This document shows, piece by piece, positions 26,999 to 35,900 of a stretch of 64,000 bases of DNA. A model generated the notes under the pieces. The model saw only the letters and a program-made list of their open reading frames with translations. It did not search any database and had not been told where the DNA came from. The translations under genes were made by a program, and so were the position numbers. Source of the DNA: Cenococcum geophilum (lineage: Eukaryota). Where the stretch lies: the NCBI GenBank assembly GCA_050273025.1, contig CP158635.1, positions 17,980,001 through 18,044,000 of the forward strand. The letters run 5' to 3'. Positions within the stretch are counted from its first letter, which is position 1, and each line of letters opens with the position of its first letter.

Positions 26999-29659
26999 AT
27001 GTCTCGGTCCTTAGGAAAGTGCATAGAATCGATTTTTGACCCACTGCCTCCCCTCCGTGGCTATGGGTATCTCGTTATGGTCTGGAAACTCTATCGACTG
27101 CTCGCGATTGGTGGCCGCGACTCGAAGCATCCACAGAAGGTTACCTTTCTACGACGACTTACCGACGTCGAGAAGCGAGTGCTCTACCTGCTCGAAGAAT
27201 GGTGGGACGGATGGATCAAAGAGGATATATTGACGAGATTTACAAAGGGCATGCTGTTAGCGTACGCTGTATTTGAACTACGCTACTACTACGAAAACGA
27301 AGAAGAAACCGCCGGATTCGAAGAGTTCTTGCTCGGGACGGATGACAAATCCCTTTATGAGACGGTTAAGAAACAAGTGCTCGAGACCCATGAGGGCGAG
27401 TACTTCACCTACGTTGCGATCCGGTCGCACCGTGAACGACAGAAGGGAGGCAGAGTGTATGACGACCCGATTTTGACGGACATCACCGCCTACAACCGAG
27501 AGCTCTTCCACCTGGCCAAAGTCGAGCTCCTGCTTGAAATATGTCCAGAGGATATGAGGACTGAGGAGCGCAGGTCGGCCGGCATCATGGCTGCTTGCCA
27601 GCGAGTCGCCAACGAGTGCGTCGCCAACGGCATGAAATTGATAGGCCAAGCAGATGAGCCAGAAGGGATCATCGTCCATATGGCTGGACGGGACTTGCGG
27701 GTCGCCATCAACAGCTCGCAGCTAAGGGAACCGTGGCCACGAGAGAAGAAGGCCATTGGACACTGCTACTACAATCCTGGAGCCGTTGTTGATGGCTGTC
27801 CATGGTTGACTACCAGTTTGGAAAAGCTGGAAGACGACTCGGACACATCCAGTGATGACAAAAACTTTGATTTGAGGGAAATCCTATGGAATTTGCAGCA
27901 ACTCGATCTGATGGGACCGCCCTACTACCTATGGAGCATCAAGGAGAAGAGGACTGTCAAGGTATCCGACCTAGGGATCTCACCAATGTATGCCATTATC
28001 AGCCACACCTGGGGCCGCTGGCGGATACCGGGTGAGAACATAGAGATTCCTGGAGTGCCCTGGGCCGTACCGGCGAACACTCGGTTCGACGTCGCGACCC
28101 TTCCCGCTATGATAGAGAATGCGGCGTTTCCAGAGGACTACGTTTGGATCGATCTGTTCTGCATCCCACAAGATCGTGATGATCCTGAACAGCAGCGGAT
28201 CTGCCGGATGGAGCTCATTCGTCAAGCCAACATCTTCCGGAATGCTGCGACGGCCGTAGCATGGCTTTTTGACGTCGAGGATTGGGGACCCACAGCGGCG
28301 GCGCTCGCCTACCTGGCCGTCGAGTTTCACAATAACTCCACCAACGAGGAGCACACAGAATCGATGCCGCTCTACAACCTGATTCTACAGGCTGCCGGTG
28401 AGCATGCGAACCGCCGCTGTGGCCTGCTAGAGGGCGACATATACGCGAAGAGCGGCGACGACGTCGAGTTCATCAGCTGGTTCTCATCGCTGTGGACTCT
28501 GCAGGAGGTATTGATGCGGCCGGACATGCTTCTGTTAAACCGCAACTTGGAGCCGCTCGTGGTGTGGCATGTTACCATGACTCTCGATACCATTGCCTGC
28601 CTAGTTATGTGCCGGAGTACTACATTCCACAACCCTAAGGATTCCAGATCCAAAGCTGAGAAACTGGAGGCGATACGCCAGGTCAGCATGAAGTTACCTT
28701 CAGGCCCGCGTGAGATCTACGTCCTCTTCAGCGTGACGGGGATGGTGCAGATTGCGCGGCCGTCTCGACTTTCTGCTCTGACTCTGGGCGGCAAGAGAGT
28801 TTGCAAACACTCACGCTCTCAGGCCATCATGTCTGTCACTGGCGCAACTCTGTGGTTTAGGCACAACGACTTCCAGCAATTCTCCGACCCCGAGTCACCG
28901 GATAACATGATTTTTGGTCTCTACGAGCCTGGATTTATCAATGAGCTCTTCCACCTTGTAGGAGGCTCCTTCTTCCTGTGCCGGAACGAAGGACCAACGG
29001 TGACAGCACCGCCGGAGACTGTTCACAAGGGCGAAACTCAAATCAGGATAACGCATTCAGTTTCCGGATCCATGCTGCCCTTCAGCCCCGGCTCGGCTAC
29101 ACGATTTGTGAGTTTCCCAGAAAAGCATCGCGAGCTCGTGGACCATCCGTCTGTTGCGGGTTGGAGGATCGGAATGGGCCGAGATCCCTGGACGGGCAAC
29201 AAGGGCGGCGACGTCCGTCTCCCGACTGTCGTTGTCTTGGCTGCCAACTGCGAGTGGGAATCTGAGCCGCCCGTTGTCCCGCAGGGCGAGGGCCAGCTGG
29301 AGTCGTCACCTCAGGCCGTTGGCGCGGTTCCTGAAGGCGCGAAGACCATTAAATGCCAGATTGCCCCCCGCGCCCGCCCCTTGAAGGGAACGGTACAAGG
29401 CAATATGCCGGGGCCCGAGTATGACGAGGGCAGCGTTATTGAGGTCGACGACGTGGGTATTGATGAGTGGGTGTCCAAATTCGAGTTGGACACGTTCGCT
29501 GTCTGCGTTATGAACAGCCGCACAGAGGTCAGAGGAGTGCTCCTACAGCGGCCGGGCTTTGGACATGGTCCCCTTATAAAGATTGGCGTTTTTGAGATAG
29601 AAGACGAGGAGGGCATTGAGTTACCCGACGCGTGTCGTGTAGACTGGACTGTGATGTGA
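26999..29659 (+). CDS. HET (heterokaryon incompatibility) domain protein, 886 aa
   Basis: Uninterrupted ORF with HET signature motifs YAIISHTWG, YVWIDLFCIPQ, IFRNA..AVAWL and WFSSLWTLQE (~27990-28510). First in-frame ATG at 26999. Confidence 0.93.
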   Translation: MSRSLGKCIESIFDPLPPLRGYGYLVMVWKLYRLLAIGGRDSKHPQKVTFLRRLTDVEKRVLYLLEEWWDGWIKEDILTRFTKGMLLAYAVFELRYYYENEEETAGFEEFLLGTDDKSLYETVKKQVLETHEGEYFTYVAIRSHRERQKGGRVYDDPILTDITAYNRELFHLAKVELLLEICPEDMRTEERRSAGIMAACQRVANECVANGMKLIGQADEPEGIIVHMAGRDLRVAINSSQLREPWPREKKAIGHCYYNPGAVVDGCPWLTTSLEKLEDDSDTSSDDKNFDLREILWNLQQLDLMGPPYYLWSIKEKRTVKVSDLGISPMYAIISHTWGRWRIPGENIEIPGVPWAVPANTRFDVATLPAMIENAAFPEDYVWIDLFCIPQDRDDPEQQRICRMELIRQANIFRNAATAVAWLFDVEDWGPTAAALAYLAVEFHNNSTNEEHTESMPLYNLILQAAGEHANRRCGLLEGDIYAKSGDDVEFISWFSSLWTLQEVLMRPDMLLLNRNLEPLVVWHVTMTLDTIACLVMCRSTTFHNPKDSRSKAEKLEAIRQVSMKLPSGPREIYVLFSVTGMVQIARPSRLSALTLGGKRVCKHSRSQAIMSVTGATLWFRHNDFQQFSDPESPDNMIFGLYEPGFINELFHLVGGSFFLCRNEGPTVTAPPETVHKGETQIRITHSVSGSMLPFSPGSATRFVSFPEKHRELVDHPSVAGWRIGMGRDPWTGNKGGDVRLPTVVVLAANCEWESEPPVVPQGEGQLESSPQAVGAVPEGAKTIKCQIAPRARPLKGTVQGNMPGPEYDEGSVIEVDDVGIDEWVSKFELDTFAVCVMNSRTEVRGVLLQRPGFGHGPLIKIGVFEIEDEEGIELPDACRVDWTVM

Positions 29660-29810
29660 TCGTTCTCTATGTTTTGCAGCTTGGTCTATGTAAGATTTGG
29701 TATTCATCACAGTTTGGACGGCTTCTTGCAACAGCCTATGGCCCGGTAGTTGAACGGCCGAGGTTGCGTACCTGTTGGGAAGTGATGGGTGATAGGTGTT
29801 TCATATGGCC

Positions 29811-30382
29811 CTAGATGAAATTTTCACCTGTTCCACTTCTGAAGAATAACTTTGCTTGACCGATGATGTCTATTGGGAACATGTTAACCCAAGGCTATTT
29901 TCAAAAAGAAGTGGAGCATTATTACCTCTAATTGCCTCTTCAGCCCACGGGAGTGGCCTTCTTGTATCTCCCATCCAATAGTCTATTAGGGCATCTTGAC
30001 GAAGCAGTTCCTGATCTTCCACCATGGCTCTAATAATGTCAAACATATCTTTGACTCCTTGTTTGAGATCCTCTCGCTGGGCGTTGCAGGATTTGTCGAA
30101 GAACCAGCGACGGTCTGGTACTATACTCGTTGGAGAAGCGTCAATTGATTGAAGGCAGTCTTTGGACAAATCGTCTGGATTGTCGCAACCTTTCTTGTCT
30201 TGGAGCCTTTCCCAGCCGATGTCATGAGGAGGTTCCATAAAACCCATGATGTCCATTCTAGCTGGAGGGAGATTGGGTGTGTCTAATGAATCAAGATTCT
30301 GGCACTCATCCCGTTTGTGCAGCACAGAAGCACTAGTGGCTGCTAAGAAACAAGTGAATAGAAAGATAACGAGACCTCGCAT
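29811..30382 (-). CDS. Small secreted protein (~171 aa), possibly a truncated metalloprotease-like/effector gene
   Basis: Signal peptide MRGLVIFLFTCFLAATSA, Kex2-like LHKR site and 4 Cys in the mature part. A probable 56-bp intron 29925-29870 (GTAATA...TTAAC...TAG) gives a last exon DIIGQAKLFFRSGTGENFI*. Confidence 0.65.
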
Positions 30383-30808
30383 CTTGATAATCCTTTGAGT
30401 ATGCTCTGAAAAAGATTGATGATGAGTAGGTGTGTCAACCTGACCATGAATATCTTTCCTGACTTATGTACATTATTACATTCGCCGTATACCCAAATCA
30501 AGAAGCCATGTCAAGGTGTTAGATATCGCTTGAATGCATGAAACCCACTAAATAAAGATCTGAAGGAGGACACATGCCGGTTGATGTGCGCATGTTGTTA
30601 CCATAGCCTTGTGTCAAGACGCGGCAAAGATATGTTGGTTGAGTTGTATTATCTTTGGTTGGTGCTCATGCCGTCTTGAACCGCGCTAGCGCGTTGTTGG
30701 TCAACTTAGAAGGCGTTTGGAAGGTGTCCATATGATCTTGGCACCTCCGCCTTGCTCCCGCCCATTGCTCGTGCTAATCTCCGTCGCATTGAGCTACTAT
30801 CATGATAT

Positions 30809-31070
30809 TTAAAGACGCAACACAGAGCAATAGTCTTCCAGCCCCATCGCACCGATTTCTTGTTTTGCTGCTTCCATCTCATCCTTTCTCGGTCTATTTG
30901 AGGTTGGCTTCGTGGATGCAGGTTCCTTACGTTTACGACCTCGTTTCGTCCCTTCATCCGCCTTGGCCTTCTTCTCGTCGCGCTTCTTCTGTGCCTCAAC
31001 GATATCCTCATAGCTCATCACTTTCGCTTTGCCTATAACGGTCGATCTCGTAGATGTTCGCGTCCTGCTG
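30809..31070 (-). pseudogene. C-terminal fragment of a pogo/Fot1-type transposase
   Basis: STRSTVIGKAKVMSYEDIVEAQKKRDEK...EIGAMGLEDYCSVL resembles C-termini of fungal pogo transposases. No DDE domain upstream. Confidence 0.7.
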
Positions 31071-34000
31071 TTAGATCTGTGGCTGTGCAAAATCTTGGCA
31101 ATTGGGCCACAGCGATGATTATGTGAGGTGGGGTTGTTCGCCACTAGCCCGGATTGGTGATCGCTTCGATTGAAAGGTACCGATCGACCTGGCCACGTTG
31201 CATAAATCATCCTTACATGGCAGCTAAAGGGCTGATAATAACTCATCAGCGTGCTAGTGAGGCTCCAAGGCTTGGATACTACCATATTATGACTATTAGG
31301 AAGGATGAGAGCTCGGTGATAAAGCTGTGATGGAGGTGTCCCCTGACGCCACTAAAAGGAGGCTCTCCGTAAACCACGCGACGCGGCGACGCCAGCGTAA
31401 TTTTTAGTTGGGCGCTGTCCCTGGGGATTAGGGGTGGCCAAACTACAGGACTCCCACAGAATTAAAAAAAAATGAAGATGTGGATGGGACGCTGAAATTA
31501 CTCTAATACAAAGTACCTACGATTTGGCTCGCTACACAGGGTGGCTCGCGACATGGGGATAGATGTTAGTATTTTTCTTGAGGCATTTACACCTTAGGGA
31601 CCGGTTTGTAGCAAGAAAAATACAACGGTCTTGGTCATGCTGTTGATCGTTCCGTCCCCGGCATCCAAAACCGCGTCAGTTTTGGACCCCTGCTCCACGA
31701 CCGCCATCAACATATTCTTCAATTTCGGAATATTAGAAGGATAGTTCTATAAAGAAAGAAGATTACTCTGAATTTTAAAGACATTTAGCCCTTGCAAATA
31801 TGCACTCCGGATTTGTCCGCGCGTAGGGGCCAGTGAAGTGTCTTGGCATGAGATTTAGCGTGCTTACGTGGTGCGGTAATACACATCTCGCTAATGTCCT
31901 AGCCACCCAGCCGAGCCAGCCATGCAGCCGGGCTTACCAGATGACGTACGTAAATTACGCTACATTGATTATTACGCTACATTGATTACGTGGGCAGTGC
32001 GGGGTTGTTTTAAGCTAGCCGGAGTTGGGGCTCGCGTCGATTAGAGTACCGACCAGGGTGGCGACGTTGCATGAATTTGCGCGCCACAGCAGACACAAGG
32101 CTGATATAACTTCCTGGCATTGTAGTAAGATTCTGAGGCTCAGACAACACCGTTTATAAGTATTATAGAGTAGAAAAGGCTCTATAGTAGTGCTATAGGG
32201 AAAAAACTCTCTTGCGTTATAAAATGAGGCTCTTTATAAACTAGGCGCGAAGGCGAGGATATATTACGTAAATTTTAGATAGAAGGGGTTCTATACGTCT
32301 AGAAATAGCTACGGCATATAACCTATGCGTAGTTACAGTGAACATCGATATGTGAACAGATTTCAAGTTGCTTGAAGTTGAAGTACCCCTCATATTTCTC
32401 GGCGCGGAGGGTTTCTCGCCCCGCAAGGAGGGACGTTAATGCTCCGAAATTTGAAGATGTGTTAATGGCTGTAGTGGATCAGGGGTGCAAAGCTGTCGCG
32501 GTTCTAGATGCCGTAAACGGAATAATCGACGGCATGACCAAGACCGTCGTATTTTTCTCGCTGCAGACTCGTTCCCAAAGGAGAAATGTCTAAAGAAAAA
32601 TAATACATAGGCTATAACTTAATAGACTCACAAGGAAAAGAATTAAGATGCCTAAACAATGGATTTATCTCGGCGCGGGGGGTTTCTCGACCTGTAGGGA
32701 GGGACGTTATTTTATAAACTTTCTTTACTCTAAAACCTTTTTCCAGTTAACATATACGCAATTTCTCGTACGCTGTATACCATTGTCTTATCTGTTTAGT
32801 GTTGTCTTATTTAACATTTTGACATAGCTAGATCCTGTAAGAGATATTTAAATAGCAATAGCAAATATAAGGTATCTTGCGGTATTTAGCTTTAAGCACT
32901 CTTACTAATAGTGTACTTTAAGCGTGGATTTTTCGGCAAGCTATGCTGGTATCTCTCAACATCTGCAACATATATGCTCAGCTTTTCAGAAGAAACGGTT
33001 ATCTCTCAAGTCTCAGTATATATATTTTCTGCCAATGCTTTCGTTACTACCTATACCGGGTCATTAGACAAACTGCCGTCCTTATTACGGATTTTACCCG
33101 GCCGTTGTCTACTAAAGCTTCGTTTGGCCGAATATATAGCGATCTATATTATGGCCAGATTAAATAGCACAGAAAAAGTAGGTTAAATACTTTATTCTGC
33201 AAGCAAGAGTTTAATAGATATTTCTATAGTAGATGCGTTAAGAACTATATAAAAATTAGCTTAATAAGCTAGTTCTTTAGGTAATATAATAACGCTAACG
33301 GACTGCTAAAGCGCTGCCGATATTACCTCCGCCCGCTAGCGATACATTTTATATTACTAAGCGGCCGATTAACTACGGAGGCCCGGTACTACGCTAGCGC
33401 CCGTTTATTCTAAAACTTAGTAATTGGGACCTTAAGGACAATATAGCTAGAGCGTCTTTATAAAAGCAGGTTCCCGAAGTCGACCGCTTATTTGCCTTTG
33501 TTTAGGCCTTTTTTTTACGCCGGGCTATTCTTTAATAAATGTCCTCTGGATATAGTCTTTCTAAAATTAGATAATACCGTTCCTATTTATCATTAGCGAG
33601 GACAAGAGTATTCTAAGTTAATAATGATTCCTTACTAGGATCCTATCTAAAGGACGCCATTTCTTATCAGGAGAGCTATCGTATATAGTGTATTTGCTAT
33701 TAAACTCTACTATTATATAAATGTTCGCACTATTAGAACTAAGGTGGTACACTTTATTAAGAATAGTGTTCTTTTCTCTTCGCACCATTTTAACCAAGTT
33801 TTTCCGTGCTAACTAAGGAGTTATTATTAAGTGGCAAGGTTAGGGACTATAATAATAATATAAATAAGATAAGGTGATGTACGTGGAATAAAGTGCCGCC
33901 ATTTAGCTCTTTTTTCTTTATTACTGATAAGATTATATTAAATTTAAGGGGAACCTTTTTTAGTTAAGGGGATCTCTTTTGGCCGAGATTGGCCTCTTTT

Positions 34001-34989
34001 AAACCCAGGGGGCCTAAGTATAGCCCTCCGGAAATATAAGTCCCAATTTAGGGCTGTTATTTTAAGATGCTTCTTATCATTATCGTTACTATATTATAGC
34101 GTACAAATATTATCTGTTTTAAGGACTTCCTGCGGAATTTTAATAAGGGCCCGAAACGACTAGAAAAATTTCCTTTAAGTTAAATAAGCCTATAACTAAG
34201 TTAATTAACTAGACTATTTACTCCTACTACTACTTAATTAAAATAATTATTTTTAGTACATTTTAAAATTTTACTAAAAAGCTCTACGCCTATTACGTAA
34301 CTTTACTACTACTATAAAATAATACAAGGGTGGCCAGAAGAGGGCCTTTACATTATAATAGGGTGGCATTTTATCTTACTAATAGTCTATTTCTGGTCCC
34401 AGAAGAAGATTATTCTAACGGAACTAGTTTTTTAAGTATGTCTTAATGTCTTAAGAAGCGTTATATAGATATACCGCGGTACTAAAGGATAATAAAACGT
34501 AATAGGCCAAACCTTATCCTGTTTAAAAGCAACACTTACTTTTAAAATGCTTCCCCAACGGGCTAAATGTACGCAGTATTAGATTTAATATAAAATGCGG
34601 ACACTCTCTAAATAGCGAATTTGTCAAATGTCAAAAGTATAAGAACACCAACTTAAAGTGCCCTAGAGTTAACTATAAGGAGGAGAAGCATTAAGCCCTA
34701 TATAGTCTTTTGCGTTGCTAATAACTTACAAACTTGTTAAAACAATTACGGAAACAGTATCACCCTTAAAATATTAACAGCAAAGTGCTAAAGTTATACC
34801 TCTCGGAGCTTTTGTAATTATTTATTATTATAATCTAGAATTAGGTATACCTATATTATAATAATTAAAGTTATTACAGACCTAGATAGTCAAACACTAA
34901 CGGGTTATAAAGGTTAGGAGAGTAGATTTAAGATATTCTAGCCAAGGAGTGCATACCTTAAATAGCAGCTTACTAGCTCAATTGTTATT

Positions 34990-35900
34990 ATCTTCTAAGG
35001 TATCGGTAGATACATTATTAGTACTAAAGGGATCCATAACATATTCAGAAATCGCATCAACATACAATCTTAGCAGAAACGCGTAAGGATCCCCATCTTC
35101 CCTATTTTCGCTATCTTTGCCATTTATACCCTTACTATTATTGTTATCACACGCGCCACCTATAACCTTGTCGAAGAGGAAGTCATCCTATATTAGATGT
35201 AACTTTATAAAGTATAATAAAAGCAAAATATACGGCCGATCAATTCCGCACTTTATATAAGGTCGCATTTTATCCCCTTTATCTAAAATCTCCTTAACCG
35301 CAGAGGACTTCTAGAAGGTAGCTGTAGAACCTACACCAAAGGGATCTATAATATGGTTACGAATCGCACGAAGATATCTCTTTAGATTGAATGTATTATC
35401 TTTACTATCTTCGCCATTTTTGCCTTTACTATTATTATTTTTAAACACGCCATCTATAGAGTTGTTAGAGGGGGAGAGATCCTATAATAAATATTGCTGT
35501 AAGAGTTTAAACAATCCAATAATACGCTCTTTTATAATTCTATAATTTTTATAAGGTGGCTTTCTAGCCATCTTATTAAGGATCTTCTTTTACTAAGAGG
35601 ACTCCTAAGCGCGATTTAACTCATTAATAGAGTCCTTATAATCGCTATCTAGAATAATTAAATTATCTGCGCTATTACCTAGAGACCCATTAGAAACTAA
35701 TAAGTAAGATAATAAGTAGTAGGCTACCTAACTCTACGCTATCCGCTTTAGTTTTATAGGCTTACGCCCCTTATATATCTTTCTAGGCTTTCTAGTTGCC
35801 TTAATTAACAAACCCCTTTTCCTATTATAGTCTATAATCACCAGCGTACCTAACTCTTTATCTATTATAATGACTTAAGAGTTTTAGATATAATTCCCTA
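34990..35900 (-). pseudogene. RIP-degraded unknown gene with an internally duplicated ~105-aa module
   Basis: Two diverged ~310-bp repeats (~35030-35330 and ~35340-35620) translate on the minus strand as DGVFKNNNSKGKNGEDS...AIRNHIIDPF and GGACDNNNSKGINGKDS...AISEYVMDPF. Confidence 0.45.

Larger units (their letters stand above)
6380..31566. mobile_element. Y: ~25-kb TA-flanked, pogo-like TIR-bounded segment enclosing the HET gene island and secondary TEs
   Basis: Left end TA|ACGTCCGTCCTACCATAGCGAGCCACCC..ACGAGTCAA. Right end, as reverse complement, TA|ACATCTATCCCCATGTCGCGAGCCACCC..GCGAGCCAA. Removing Y restores cctataTAgtatttttc, matching cctatgTAttatttttc in X1 (reverse complement of ~32595-32612). 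Confidence 0.75.
6276..32436. mobile_element. X2: ~972-bp second copy of the X family, inverted and inserted into X1, split (6276-6379 + 31569-32436)
   Basis: TIRs TA|ACGTCCCTCCCTACGGGGCGAGAAACCCCCCGCAC (6274) and GCGCGGAGGGTTTCTCGCCCCGCAAGGAGGGACGT|TA (32438). 31569-32436 aligns in reverse complement with X1 (5619-6275 plus 32439-32600) along most of its length. Confidence 0.85.
5619..32707. mobile_element. X1: ~926-bp non-autonomous pogo/Fot1-type TIR element, split (5619-6275 + 32439-32707) by nested insertions
   Basis: TA|ACGTCCCTCCCTACGGGTTAAGAAACCCCCCACGCCGAGA at 5617 and TCTCGGCGCGGGGGGTTTCTCGACCTGTAGGGAGGGACGT|TA ending at 32709. The two halves join into the sequence seen uninterrupted, as reverse complement, at 31570-32436. 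Confidence 0.85.

Noticed and set aside
25316..29616. Antisense and alternate-frame ORFs over the membrane and HET genes
   Set aside because: Shadow ORFs of GC-rich coding sequence with no motifs.
31954..31989. ATTACGCTACATTG local duplication
   Set aside because: Small slippage duplication within X2.
32241..33186. Short ORFs at 32241, 32372, 32911 and 32943
   Set aside because: They lie in or across TIR-element arms or RIP-degraded DNA and have no motifs.
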